64,000 nucleotides of DNA from Acetobacteraceae bacterium (GCA_003506895.1 DNXO01000034.1:26569-90568); one strand, 5' to 3'. Positions 9,694 to 19,434 are shown, counted from the first letter of the stretch. A program made the numbers and translations. The notes: generated by a model not told the origin, from the sequence alone.

Positions 9694-10017
9694 TCAGCCC
9701 TCGTTGTGGCTCGGCAGAGTCATTGTCAGCATCAGCGCACTCAGGCTCTTGCCATGCGGATCGATCGCCAGGGACCGGGTGACACCGCCGCCAAGCGCGT
9801 TTTCGATCACGAAATTCAGCGCGCGCAACTGGGGAAGTTCGTATCGCCGCACCGGCCCGGCGCCCAGATGGCGAAAATGCGCCAACACCCGGTCGGCGGT
9901 CAGCTCCCGTTGCAGCACCTGCCAGCCTTCGTCGTTATACGCCGTCACCGAGATGTTCGAGGTGTTGCCTTTGTCCCCTGCCCTGGCGTGACCCAGGTCG
10001 TAAACCCGGACGCTCAT
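9694..10017 (-). CDS. Small AtuA-related protein (C-terminal AtuA-like domain)
   Basis: HARAGDKGNTSNI, RYELPQLRALNFV, LGGGVTRSLAIDPHGKSLS; start overlaps upstream stop. Confidence 0.85.
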   Translation of the reverse strand: MSVRVYDLGHARAGDKGNTSNISVTAYNDEGWQVLQRELTADRVLAHFRHLGAGPVRRYELPQLRALNFVIENALGGGVTRSLAIDPHGKSLSALMLTMTLPSHNEG

Positions 10018-11366
10018 GCCGCGCGCTCCATCACGATTTCCGGTTTGACCCATGCGCGCGGGATCAGCACCGATTTCACCGCCAGGATTTGCCGAGCGCC
10101 GAAATTGATGCCGCCACCGGCGCCGGTCGGTCCTTGCATGTGCAGGCTGCGCACCTCCGCGCCCACCGCCTCGGCCGCTTTCTTGTCGGTCGTGCGGGCG
10201 GCGATGCGCAGGCGCACCTCATACGGTTCCGGCGCCAGATCGGCGTCGTTGCCGTGCAGCGAGTTCATCCCGATCAGATCGACGCGCATCTCTTGATAGC
10301 TCAGTCCGCGGCGGCGCAGGCGTTCCTTCACCACCTCAATGCCAAGTTTCGCCCTGGCGAGCGCGTTGATTCCGGCGAAACCCATCTCGCCCGACCCCAT
10401 GTAACCGTCGAAATAGCCAACCACGACCTTCAACGTCGGCGTGCGGGGCTTGCCTTTGGCACCCGCCAGCGCGACGCGATCATGCGCGATCTGCCGGAAC
10501 GTGACGCCGGAGGCATCCAGCACGCAATCGGGCGTGATATAGGCGGTGGGGTCGTGCATCTCATACAGCAGTTGTTCGGTACAGGTCGCGACGTCCAACC
10601 GGCCGCCTGAGCCGGGAGTCTTCGACACTTCCACCCGTCCGTCCGCCCAGACATCGGCCAGCGGGTAACCCAGGCCCGCTAGGTCCTCGACGTCTTTCTT
10701 GCCCGGATCGGCGAAGCACCCGCCCGTCAACTGACCGGAGCATTCCAGCAGATGCCCCGCCAGCGTCCCGTTCCCCAGCTTGTCGTAGTCGTCGTACGAC
10801 CAGCCGAATGCGTGCAGCATCGGTCCCAGGAACAGCGCCGGATCGGCCACGCGCCCGGTGATCACAAGATCGGCCCCGGTGGCAAAGCCCTTCGCCACGA
10901 TATCAGCACCCAGATAGGCATTGGCCGAGGCCATGCGGGGCAGCAGCGACTCCAGCGGCGCGCCATCTTCCATCAGCGGCAGTTCCGGATGGGCACGCAT
11001 GAGATCGGTAACCTCATCGCCCTGCACCACAGCGCAGGTGTAGTCCGGACACCCCCAGTCTGGCGCATGCTGACGCAACACCTTCGCCGCCCCCATCGGG
11101 TTCGCCGCCCCCATGTTGGTGACAATCTTGATGCCGCGTTGCAGCGCGGGCGGCATGATCGCCTCCATCCGCTCCAGCAGGACTGGCGTATAGCCCTTGG
11201 CGGGATCCTTCGCTCGGTCGAGCGTTTCCCGTGCGATCGTCCGCTCCGCCAGGCACTCCATCGCGAGGTAATCGAGTTCGCCGCGCTCGACGATTTCCAC
11301 ACCGGGCGGAATTCGGTCGTCGGAAAAACCGGCGCCGCAGCCGATCCGGATTTTGTCGCGTGCCAT
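10014..11366 (-). CDS. Acyclic terpene utilization AtuA family protein (DUF1446)
   Basis: IRIGCGAGFSDDR, ECLAERT, ANAYLGA, ITGRVADPALF, AGHLLECSGQLTGG, EQLLYE. Confidence 0.9.
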   Translation of the reverse strand: MARDKIRIGCGAGFSDDRIPPGVEIVERGELDYLAMECLAERTIARETLDRAKDPAKGYTPVLLERMEAIMPPALQRGIKIVTNMGAANPMGAAKVLRQHAPDWGCPDYTCAVVQGDEVTDLMRAHPELPLMEDGAPLESLLPRMASANAYLGADIVAKGFATGADLVITGRVADPALFLGPMLHAFGWSYDDYDKLGNGTLAGHLLECSGQLTGGCFADPGKKDVEDLAGLGYPLADVWADGRVEVSKTPGSGGRLDVATCTEQLLYEMHDPTAYITPDCVLDASGVTFRQIAHDRVALAGAKGKPRTPTLKVVVGYFDGYMGSGEMGFAGINALARAKLGIEVVKERLRRRGLSYQEMRVDLIGMNSLHGNDADLAPEPYEVRLRIAARTTDKKAAEAVGAEVRSLHMQGPTGAGGGINFGARQILAVKSVLIPRAWVKPEIVMERAA

Positions 11367-11560
11367 GCCGCCCCCCTGTTACGAAGATGTTAGGCGGCGG
11401 GGGCGCGGTCGTCCACGGTGAGGCCCCCGCCTTGCACGCCAGGTCAGGCCGTCGGGTATGTTGCCAGGGCGCTGATAGCCTCGTCACAAGACTAATTTCA
11501 TCTGGCGCCCGGAGACCGAATTGCATCCGCCACGCGAACCGCCTAAAAGGTTCGCCGAAC

Positions 11561-11634
11561 GCGGGTGTAGTTCAATGGTAGAACGGCAGCTTCCCAAGCT
11601 GCATACGAGGGTTCGATTCCCTTCACCCGCTCCA
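11561..11634 (+). tRNA. tRNA-Gly (CCC)
   Basis: Acceptor stem GCGGGTG/CACCCGC, anticodon arm GCAGC-TTCCCAA-GCTGC, T-loop GGTTCGATTCC, encoded 3' CCA. Confidence 0.98.
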
Positions 11635-11642
11635 TCAATTCA

Positions 11643-12086
11643 TCACGGATCGTCTGACCGGTCGCCCTTCGGCGTATCATCGGTTTCCAGCCGGTTAGCG
11701 GGCATTTCGCCCGTGGAATATCCCTGCCCTGTCGTGAACAACGGCGTCTCCGCACTGGCCGTCCCCGGTTTCGATCGCGGCGCCCTCGGCACCGTCAGGT
11801 CCGTCGTCGTGCTAAAGAAATCGGGTGTTCCGGAGGTTTCCGCATCCGCTACGGGGGGCGGCGCGAAGAAGTCCGGATCGGTCTTGGGCGCGGGCTTCGG
11901 TGCCTGGGTGCGTTGCTGGGGCAACTCCGCCCCCGGCATGCCGAACGTGGGTAGCCCGAAATTCTTGTCCAGCCCAGCCGGCGGAGTGGTCGAATACTCC
12001 CTCGACGGCGCGATTTTCGGTTGGGCCCAGGCCGGCAGCGCAGTCATCGCACCGAAGCCGACCGCAAACGCCGCTAACAGCCTCAT
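11643..12086 (-). CDS. Small Pro/Thr-rich exported protein of unknown function
   Basis: Signal peptide MRLLAAFAVGFGAMTALPAWA, GGAG RBS, repeated PDFF motifs. Confidence 0.65.
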   Translation of the reverse strand: MRLLAAFAVGFGAMTALPAWAQPKIAPSREYSTTPPAGLDKNFGLPTFGMPGAELPQQRTQAPKPAPKTDPDFFAPPPVADAETSGTPDFFSTTTDLTVPRAPRSKPGTASAETPLFTTGQGYSTGEMPANRLETDDTPKGDRSDDP

Positions 12087-12184
12087 GCCAGTTTCTCCTG
12101 TTATCATCGCCTGACCTGACCCGAACCGGCCACCAGGAAGCAAATCGTTCCTGCGTGAGCGGCTGATCGAGGCGATGGGTTCGG

Positions 12185-13108
12185 CTATCCCTCCAAAGCC
12201 TCGCGACAGGTTTCCACCAGATGCGCCCCTAGCGCGCGATAGTCCGCCGCTCGGGGCGCATTCGGGCGCCACGCCAGCCCCAGCGTCCGCCACGCGCCGG
12301 CGCCCGCGAGAGGACGCAGCACCAGATCGGTCCCCGCGGTTATCCCGGCCGCGACCGACAGCTTCGGCAGCAATGTGATACCCAGCCCGCTCGCCACCAT
12401 CTGCACCAGGGTGTGCAGACTGGTCGCGGCGAATCCATCCTGGTCGCCCCGGTCGCCCGCCAGCAGTCCGCAAACCGCCAGTGCCTGGTCGCGCAGGCAA
12501 TGCCCGTCTTCCAACAGCAGCAGACGTTCTCTCGCCAGCGCCAAAACCGGAATCTGGTCCTCACCCGCAAGCCGGTGATTGGGCGGCAGAGCGACCAGGA
12601 ACCCGTCCCGGGCAACCGGCACGGTTTCCGCCCCGCCGCAGTCGCAGGGGGTCGCAAGCAACAGCAAGTCCAGCCGGTTGGCCGTCAACCGATCGACAAG
12701 GTTGGCGGTCGTGTCCTCTCTTATGTAGAGACGCAGCCGGGGAAACGCCGCCCGCAGCGCGGGCATCAGCGTGGGCAGCAGGAACGGCCCGACCGTTGGA
12801 ATAACCCCCAGCCGCAGCGGCCCCGCCATCGGCTCGCGCGCCGCCATCGCGGCCTCGGTCACGGCTTCCAGCGTGCTCAACGCCGTCCGGGCGCGATCCA
12901 CCAGTTCCAGCCCCAGGGGCGTGAAAACGACATGCCGACCGGCCGACCGGTCCAGGATGTGGCAATCCAACTGCCGCTCCAGCGCCAATAGCCCGGCCGA
13001 CAGCGTGGACTGCGTGACGGAGCAGGTCTGCGCCGCCCGCCCGAAATGGCGGCTCTCGGCGAGGGCAACGAGGTAGCGGAGTTGTTGTGGGCTTGGAAGC
13101 AATGTCAT
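12185..13108 (-). CDS. oxyR: Hydrogen peroxide-inducible LysR regulator OxyR
   Basis: LysR HTH (HFGRAAQTCSVTQSTLS) and redox motif EDGHCLRDQALAVC; divergent from ahpC. Confidence 0.95.
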   Translation of the reverse strand: MTLLPSPQQLRYLVALAESRHFGRAAQTCSVTQSTLSAGLLALERQLDCHILDRSAGRHVVFTPLGLELVDRARTALSTLEAVTEAAMAAREPMAGPLRLGVIPTVGPFLLPTLMPALRAAFPRLRLYIREDTTANLVDRLTANRLDLLLLATPCDCGGAETVPVARDGFLVALPPNHRLAGEDQIPVLALARERLLLLEDGHCLRDQALAVCGLLAGDRGDQDGFAATSLHTLVQMVASGLGITLLPKLSVAAGITAGTDLVLRPLAGAGAWRTLGLAWRPNAPRAADYRALGAHLVETCREALEG

Positions 13109-13121
13109 CGTTTGGATCGAT
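13107..13121. promoter_or_regulatory. LysR-type box ATC-N9-GAT in oxyR-ahpC divergent region
   Basis: ATC-GTTTGGATC-GAT (T-N11-A) overlapping the oxyR start codon. Confidence 0.5.
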
Positions 13122-13202
13122 TAAAATGTCTAGTTTCATTCATTGGCACGAAAATTCTCCAAATGCCATATCCGTCTCGCACCAATCTGGAGACACCAAC
13201 CC

Positions 13203-13757
13203 ATGCTGACTGTCGGCGACACCTTCCCCGCCTTCTCCCTTAAGGCCGTGAAAGCCGGGCCCGCGGGCCTGAAACTGGACACCGCGTTTACCGAGATCGG
13301 TTCGGACACCGATGCCGGAAAATGGAAATTGGTGTTTTTCTGGCCGAAGGATTTCACCTTTGTCTGCCCGACCGAGATCGTGGCGTTCGGCAAACTGGCC
13401 GGCGATTTCGCCGACCGTGACACCGTGGTCTATGGCGTATCGATCGACAGCGAGTTCGTCCACCTGAACTGGCGCCTGCACCATGATGATCTGCGCAGCC
13501 TGCCGATCCCGATGCTGGCCGACGTGAAGCGGGAGCTGGCGACGGCGACCGGCGTGTTGGACAAGAACGAGGGCGTAGCCCTGCGCGCCACCTTCCTGGT
13601 CGATCCCGACGGCATCATCCGCTACGCCGCCGTCAACGACCTGTCGGTCGGGCGTAATCCGGCCGAGGTCCTGCGTGTCCTCGACGCGCTGCAAACCGAC
13701 GAGCTTTGCCCCTGCAACTGGAACAAGGGCGAACAGGTCCTGCAGCCCGCGGCATAA
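13203..13757 (+). CDS. ahpC: Alkyl hydroperoxide reductase subunit C (2-Cys peroxiredoxin)
   Basis: FFWPKDFTFVCPTEI, GRNPAEVLRVLDALQ, LCPCNW. Confidence 0.97.
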   Translation: MLTVGDTFPAFSLKAVKAGPAGLKLDTAFTEIGSDTDAGKWKLVFFWPKDFTFVCPTEIVAFGKLAGDFADRDTVVYGVSIDSEFVHLNWRLHHDDLRSLPIPMLADVKRELATATGVLDKNEGVALRATFLVDPDGIIRYAAVNDLSVGRNPAEVLRVLDALQTDELCPCNWNKGEQVLQPAA

Positions 13758-13845
13758 CCCCGCCCCTCCCCGCCGTTATGGTTCGCCGGATCCATGACGG
13801 CGGCGGGACGACCTGATCCGTTCCCCTTCACCGAAAGGCATGAGA

Positions 13846-14388
13846 ATGTCTCTGGAATCCCTGAAAGCCGCACTTCCCGACTACGCGAAGGACATCCGCC
13901 TGAACCTTGGCTCCCTGGCCACCGAACCAGCACTTTCGGCCGAACAGCGGGCCGGGACGTTCATCGCCTCTGCCCTGGCCGCCCGCAATCCGGTGGTCAC
14001 GGAAGCAATCATCGCGGAGTTCACCCCGCTTCTGTCGGTGGAGTCCCTGACCGCCGCCAAGGCAGCGGCGTCGATCATGGCGATGAACAATGTGTACTAC
14101 CGCTTTACCCACCTCGTCAGTGGCGACTACCCGAACATGCCGGCCAAGCTGCGGATGAACGTCATGGCCAGGCCGGGCGTGGACAAGGCAACGTTCGAGC
14201 TGTGGTCGCTCGCCGTGTCCGCCATCAACGGGTGCGGCATGTGCATGGAAAGCCATGAACGAGCGGTACGCCAACACGGACTGACCGCGGAACAGGTGCA
14301 GGCGTCCGTCCGGATCGCCGCCGTGGTTCATGCCGCCGCCGCGACCCTGGACGGCGAGCGTGCCATCGGGTTTGAGATGGCTGCCTGA
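13846..14388 (+). CDS. ahpD: Alkylhydroperoxidase AhpD
   Basis: [35 protein letters not shown] CxxC; GAAAGG RBS. Confidence 0.95.
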   Translation: MSLESLKAALPDYAKDIRLNLGSLATEPALSAEQRAGTFIASALAARNPVVTEAIIAEFTPLLSVESLTAAKAAASIMAMNNVYYRFTHLVSGDYPNMPAKLRMNVMARPGVDKATFELWSLAVSAINGCGMCMESHERAVRQHGLTAEQVQASVRIAAVVHAAAATLDGERAIGFEMAA

Positions 14389-14401
14389 CCGCGCAGCCGC
14401 C

Positions 14402-15133
14402 TTAAGCTCCCATATAGAATTCGCGAATTAACTCATTGTTGTTTAACGATTCTGGAGAATCGCCCTCGAACTCCACATGCCCGTGTACCAGCACATACCC
14501 GCGGTCCGCGATCCGGATCGCCTGGGTGAAGTTCTGCTCCGCCATCAGGACGGAGAGTTGGAAGCCCTCTTTCAATTCCTTGATCTTGTCGATCGTCCGC
14601 GCCACCAGCAAGGGCGCCAGTCCGACTGAAGGCTCGTCGATCAACAGCATCCGCGGGTCCGACATCAGCGCCCGCGCCAGCGCCAGCATCTGCTGCTCGC
14701 CGCCGCTCATGGAGCCGGCCAGTTGCTTCCGCCGCTCTGCCAGGCGGGGAAACGCCTCGAAGCAGAAGGCCAGATTGTCCTTGATCTTCTCACGCGCCTT
14801 GTCGCGGAAAGCGCCGAGATAGAGGTTTTCGGTCACCGTCAGCCGGGGGAACAACCGGCGTCCCTCGGGCACCAGCGCGATGCCCAGATCGACGATTTCC
14901 TCGGTGGATTTACCCGCCAGATCATGGGTGACGCCGTCGATCGTCGCGGTCACCGATCCGGCGGTTGGTCGCACCATGCCCATGATCGTCTTCATCAGGG
15001 TGGATTTGCCGTTGCCGTTGGTGCCCAGCAGCGCGACCGTCTCGCCCTCGCGCACCGCCATGTTCACGTTGTGCAGGATACGGATCGCGCCGTAGCCAGC
15101 ATCAAGGCCGGCAATGGTCAGGCTAGCGGGCAA
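14402..15133 (-). CDS. LivF-like ABC ATP-binding protein, no partner genes adjacent
   Basis: Walker A GTNGNGKST, signature MSGGEQQ, LIDEPS, AEQN; TTG start uncertain. Confidence 0.9.
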   Translation of the reverse strand: MPASLTIAGLDAGYGAIRILHNVNMAVREGETVALLGTNGNGKSTLMKTIMGMVRPTAGSVTATIDGVTHDLAGKSTEEIVDLGIALVPEGRRLFPRLTVTENLYLGAFRDKAREKIKDNLAFCFEAFPRLAERRKQLAGSMSGGEQQMLALARALMSDPRMLLIDEPSVGLAPLLVARTIDKIKELKEGFQLSVLMAEQNFTQAIRIADRGYVLVHGHVEFEGDSPESLNNNELIREFYMGA

Positions 15134-15233
15134 GGCCGGCCACCACGAAATCAGGGCTCTTCGAAATTTGAGTCATCAGGACGTTGCGCCTTGTTGGTTC
15201 AGGCCAATTTGTCGCGGCACAATGTCGGCGCGC

Positions 15234-15253
15234 CCGGGCTTTGACAAGCCCGG
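15234..15253. repeat. REP-like hairpin
   Basis: CCGGGCTT-TGAC-AAGCCCGG perfect 8-bp stem between two minus-strand genes. Confidence 0.5.
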
Positions 15254-15260
15254 CTTCGGG

Positions 15261-16859
15261 TTACCGCGGATCGGCTGGTGGCGGTGGGCTGATCGCCGTC
15301 ACCGGCGCGGCCTCCGCCGCCACCCAGACATCCCGGCAACCGCCCCTGCCGCGCTTGTAGACCACGAGCCCATCGAACGCGGCAATCGGCCGGAACCGCG
15401 ACCACGCCCGCGCGAACGCCGGATCCGCCGCGCTCAACACACTGATGTATTTGGTCGTCTCACGGGTATCGACCACGGCGACGTCCGGGCAACCGGCGAT
15501 GAAGTCATGCGCCACCCAGCGCGCGATCGGCCATTCCCTGTCCGCCGCGGGATCGAACCGAGCGCGCCAGACCTCGCCCTTCAAGGCCCACATCGAGTCG
15601 AAGCGGGAGGCCCAGGTCACGCCGGTCTCGTTCACCACCGGAAAGCCCAGCGCGATCCATTCGGAAAACGCGATATACGTCCGCGCGTGTTCAGCTTTCA
15701 GTATCTGTTCCAGCTTATCCACGGCGGTCTGCTTCGGCTCCACCGCCTCCATCGCCTCTGGCTTCAGCAGGCGGATCGAGGTCACGCAGAACACCGCCAC
15801 GGCCAAGCCCGCCGCCACGAGAGGAAGCCCGATTTTCCAACGCCGCTGGACGATTTCAGTGGCGATCCAAAGCGCCAGTGCCAGCACCGTGCCGATCGTG
15901 GCCGGAATCCGATGATAGAACCAGTCCTTGCCATCAACGAAGCACACCACCGTACTTGCGGCCGCGAACACCACCAGAGTCAGCATCAGGGTGTAGTCGG
16001 CCAGGCTGCGCCGGCGCAGCCAAAGCAGCCCGATCGCCACGACCTCCCCGGCGATCAACAGCGCGCTGTCCGACAGCAGGTTCAGGAACGACACATCGGT
16101 CGCTCCGTAAAGCGCCAGGGCCATTGGCACGGCCCGGTGCAAATAAGCCGGGCACAGGATCGCCACCAACCCGGCGTAGAGGATCATGGCGCCGCCCGCC
16201 GCGAATGGCATCACTCGCCAGGGGCGCAAGCCCCGGGTCAACGCCACACACTCCAGTGCCCCGAACACCGCGCCGTATCGCGGCTTCAACGCGCATCCCA
16301 GGCCGGCCAGCACGCCAGCTACCACCGCTGGACCCCAGGGGATTTTATGACCGTCCAATGACCTGGCGAACAACACAAGATAGGGCAGGAACGCCGCGAC
16401 CAGCAGATGCTCCCGCTGGCCGAGATCGGCGGCGGGCAGCACCAGCAAGGCGCTGCCGATCGCGGCGAACACCGGCAGCCGGTCGGCGAAAATCCCGCCG
16501 CGCGGCCGTGACAGCGTCGCCGCCCACCATGCGCAACCCAGAACTCCGGCAATGAACACCGGCATCGCGACGAACCGCGGATCGGCATCCAGCCAGCGCG
16601 CGATCTCCAGCGGCACCGCCGATATCCAGACGATCAGCGGGGGATTAACCTCCACCACATCGATATAGAGTTCCCGCCCCGCCATCCAGCGCCGAGCGAC
16701 ATACAGAAGCCAGGCGATGTCATCCTTCAGCGGCGAGCGCAGGGTGATGAACAGCACCGTACCCAGCACGCCCAGAAGCAGCAGCGTGCTGACAACCGAC
16801 ACGATCTGCCGGGCACCGAAAATTCCCGGACGACGCGCGGGGCTGGAGACGTGAGACAT
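15261..16859 (-). CDS. Polytopic membrane protein, possible GT-C-fold glycosyltransferase
   Basis: Many hydrophobic helices; first loop KDDIAW...YIDVVEVNPPL, plus GQREHL, LKP and DWFYH motifs; GAGG RBS before ATG 16859. Confidence 0.7.
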   Translation of the reverse strand: MSHVSSPARRPGIFGARQIVSVVSTLLLLGVLGTVLFITLRSPLKDDIAWLLYVARRWMAGRELYIDVVEVNPPLIVWISAVPLEIARWLDADPRFVAMPVFIAGVLGCAWWAATLSRPRGGIFADRLPVFAAIGSALLVLPAADLGQREHLLVAAFLPYLVLFARSLDGHKIPWGPAVVAGVLAGLGCALKPRYGAVFGALECVALTRGLRPWRVMPFAAGGAMILYAGLVAILCPAYLHRAVPMALALYGATDVSFLNLLSDSALLIAGEVVAIGLLWLRRRSLADYTLMLTLVVFAAASTVVCFVDGKDWFYHRIPATIGTVLALALWIATEIVQRRWKIGLPLVAAGLAVAVFCVTSIRLLKPEAMEAVEPKQTAVDKLEQILKAEHARTYIAFSEWIALGFPVVNETGVTWASRFDSMWALKGEVWRARFDPAADREWPIARWVAHDFIAGCPDVAVVDTRETTKYISVLSAADPAFARAWSRFRPIAAFDGLVVYKRGRGGCRDVWVAAEAAPVTAISPPPPADPR

Positions 16860-16991
16860 TGAGGTGGCGAAACTTCTGATCAGAAAACGTGCGCTTATCG
16901 CATGCTCTGTTGCCATAGCGTTAAAGCTCAGCCAAGTGGCTTAATCATGGCAGCCGAACCGGCCGAGAACGCCGATCGCCGGACGCCGCGT

Positions 16992-17354
16992 TTAAGCCGC
17001 CAGCAAATCCGCGATATGCCGCGCGACCTGCGTCTGGGAATAGGGCTTCGGGATAAACCGGCTTCCCGTCCGCGCCGGCAGCGGAAGCTTGCGCCCGCCG
17101 TTGTAGCCCGATGTCAACAGCACCGGCACGGCCGGGTAATGCGCTTCGAACCACTCTGCCAGGCCGAACCCATCCATCTTGCCGGGCATTCGCACATCGC
17201 TGAACACCAGATTGACCTGCTCCGCCGCCTCCATCGCGGCGATCGCTTCCGATGCATCGCCCGCTTCCAGCACGTTATACCCGCAATCGCGCAGAAATTC
17301 GGCAATCGGCATTCGAACCATCGTCTCGTCCTCAACGACGAGCACGGTCTGCAT
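16992..17354 (-). CDS. Single-domain response regulator (receiver only)
   Basis: VLVVEDE, VFSDVRMPG (phospho-Asp), LTSGY, FIPKPY. Confidence 0.9.
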   Translation of the reverse strand: MQTVLVVEDETMVRMPIAEFLRDCGYNVLEAGDASEAIAAMEAAEQVNLVFSDVRMPGKMDGFGLAEWFEAHYPAVPVLLTSGYNGGRKLPLPARTGSRFIPKPYSQTQVARHIADLLAA

Positions 17355-17482
17355 GTGGCGCTGCTCCACCGGAACCAAGCCGCTAAAAAATGACACCATC
17401 TTCATAGGCCGCATGTAATGCGCCGGAACCCCCGATACTGAGTGTAATACGGCAATTTCCCGTGATATCCGAACGCACCCCG

Positions 17483-17920
17483 TCAGCATCCCGAAGCCAT
17501 GGACCGTTTCCGGGACCGAGCCGCCTCCTCCAATTCAAGCTGCTCGCGACGCCCCAGGGCGATTGCCCTCGCGGTCGCCCGTTCGGCAATCACCGCGCCG
17601 ACCGCTTCAGCCGCCACCCTTGCGGCGACAAGCGCGGCTCTGACATCCTCGGACCGCACTGCCGCCTGGAGGTGTTCGCGAACCGCCGCGACCCTGTCGG
17701 CCTCACCCGCCGCGCGCCGTGCGGCAAACATGTCCTGGAAACGATGAGGATCCTCCACCGCACCATGCGCCGCGCGATCCCGCTGAACCGCCCGGTCGAG
17801 TTCAGCGATGCGCGCCGCCACCGCTGCCTCAGCCGCCAGGCAGGCCGCCAGATCACGCCGGAGCCGATCGACGGCGCGTTCGCGGATCGTCCGAACCGCA
17901 CCCAGCGGATCACGCGCCAT
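17483..17920 (-). CDS. fliJ: Flagellar export protein FliJ-like coiled coil
   Basis: Overlaps fliI stop; all-helical Ala/Arg-rich, C-terminal RREQLELEE; family assignment rests on context. Confidence 0.6.
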   Translation of the reverse strand: MARDPLGAVRTIRERAVDRLRRDLAACLAAEAAVAARIAELDRAVQRDRAAHGAVEDPHRFQDMFAARRAAGEADRVAAVREHLQAAVRSEDVRAALVAARVAAEAVGAVIAERATARAIALGRREQLELEEAARSRKRSMASGC

Positions 17921-19268
17921 TCAGTATCTGCTCCAACCGCAGGAACGCTTCGTCGAAACCCGTCCGCTCACCTTTCGACTGGCGAAGAAAATCGTCGATC
18001 GCCGGCGTCAGCCGCAACGCGTCGTCCACCGCCGCATCCGTCCCTGCCCGATAGGCACCGAGACGAACCATGTCCGCCATTTCACCATGCAGTGCCAGAA
18101 CCTGCCTTGCGCGCGCCACCGCCGCGGCCCGGGGTCCGTCCAAACACGAGGAAGCCGTGCGCGACAGCGAACGCAACACGTCGATTGCCGGATACCGCCC
18201 GGCTTCAGCGATCTTCCGATCCATCACGATATGCCCATCCAAAATGCCCCGCACCGCGTCGGCCACCGGCTCGTTGTGGTCATCGCCCTCCACCAGCACG
18301 GTGAACAGCCCGGTGATCTGACCTGCCGTTCCGTCCGGCCGTATCGGCCCGGGGCCGGCCCGCTCCAATAGCCGTGGCAATTCGGCGAACACACTTGGGG
18401 GATATCCCCGCGTCGCGGGCGGCTCGCCCAGCGACAATCCGATCTCCCGCAGCGCCAGACAGAACCGGGTGATGCTGTCCATCAGCAGCAGCACCGATTT
18501 ACCCTGATCGCGGAAATACTCGGCCACCGTCATGGCCGTGTAGGCGCATTGCCGGCGCATGAGCGGTGGGGCGTCCGATGTCGCGACCACCACGACCGAT
18601 CGCGCCATCCCGTCCGGTCCCAGATCGGTTTCTATGAACTCCCGCACCTCGCGTCCGCGCTCGCCCACCAAGGCCAGCACCACCACATCACAGGCAGTAC
18701 CCACGGTCAGCATCGACAACAGCGTCGATTTTCCCACGCCGGACCCCGCGAACAGGCCCAATCGTTGCCCCTGCCGGCAGGTGGTGAAACAGTCCAGCGC
18801 CCGAACCCCCAGATCGATCCGCGGTCCCAACCGCGCCCGCGATGTCGCCTCCGGCGGACCGGATTGGGTCGGCCGCTCTCCGGGCGCGCCAGGTAAGAAG
18901 CCGTGCCGGTCCAGCGGCCTGCCCATCGGATCGATCACCCGGCCCAGCCAGGCCGGCGCGACATCAAGTGTACGGTGGTGGGCTTCCCGCAAAGCCGCCC
19001 GCCCGCCGTAGGCGACCCCCTCAAGTGACTCATAGGCCATCGCTTGTAATACGGTGTCGCGGAAACCGATCACTTCCGCCGGTATCAGCCGGCCTTCGCG
19101 TCCGTACAGGTCCAGCCTGTCGCCCACGCCCGCAAGGCCGGTCAACCCTTCAACCTCGGCAACCAGACCCAGCACCCGCGTGACGGTGCCGCTGATCCGT
19201 GCAGGTTGCACCCGGCGCAGGCGGGCCGCGCAGGAATCGACGTATTCCTCGATATTAAGGCGTCTCAT
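17910..19268 (-). CDS. fliI: Flagellar export ATPase FliI
   Basis: GQRLGLFAGSGVGKST, LVGERGREVREF, LLMDSITRF, TVLVEGDDHNEPVADAVRGILDGH; start 19268 or 19286. Confidence 0.95.
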   Translation of the reverse strand: MRRLNIEEYVDSCAARLRRVQPARISGTVTRVLGLVAEVEGLTGLAGVGDRLDLYGREGRLIPAEVIGFRDTVLQAMAYESLEGVAYGGRAALREAHHRTLDVAPAWLGRVIDPMGRPLDRHGFLPGAPGERPTQSGPPEATSRARLGPRIDLGVRALDCFTTCRQGQRLGLFAGSGVGKSTLLSMLTVGTACDVVVLALVGERGREVREFIETDLGPDGMARSVVVVATSDAPPLMRRQCAYTAMTVAEYFRDQGKSVLLLMDSITRFCLALREIGLSLGEPPATRGYPPSVFAELPRLLERAGPGPIRPDGTAGQITGLFTVLVEGDDHNEPVADAVRGILDGHIVMDRKIAEAGRYPAIDVLRSLSRTASSCLDGPRAAAVARARQVLALHGEMADMVRLGAYRAGTDAAVDDALRLTPAIDDFLRQSKGERTGFDEAFLRLEQILNGA

Positions 19269-19408
19269 TGAAACACATATGTCCATATATTATTAATGTT
19301 CTACATACATTCGCATTGTATCCGTGTCTCACATCCGAATACCGTAAAAAATACACTAATATGTTGAAAAACAAATGGCCATAAACACGCTATGGTGGTA
19401 TTACCGTC

Positions 19409-19423
19409 TTCACGTTTTGTTAA
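19409..19423. promoter_or_regulatory. Near-consensus CtrA box upstream of ctrA
   Basis: TTCA-CGTTTTG-TTAA (TTAA-N7-TTAA with one mismatch) directly before the ctrA RBS. Confidence 0.55.
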
Positions 19424-19434
19424 GGAGAAGCTGG

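Noticed and set aside
11561-12100. tRNA-Gly as an integration site for an island
   Set aside because: No integrase, no duplicated tRNA 3' end seen, and flanking genes look native
12185-14388. oxyR-ahpC-ahpD as a novelty
   Set aside because: AhpC paired with AhpD under OxyR is a well-described arrangement
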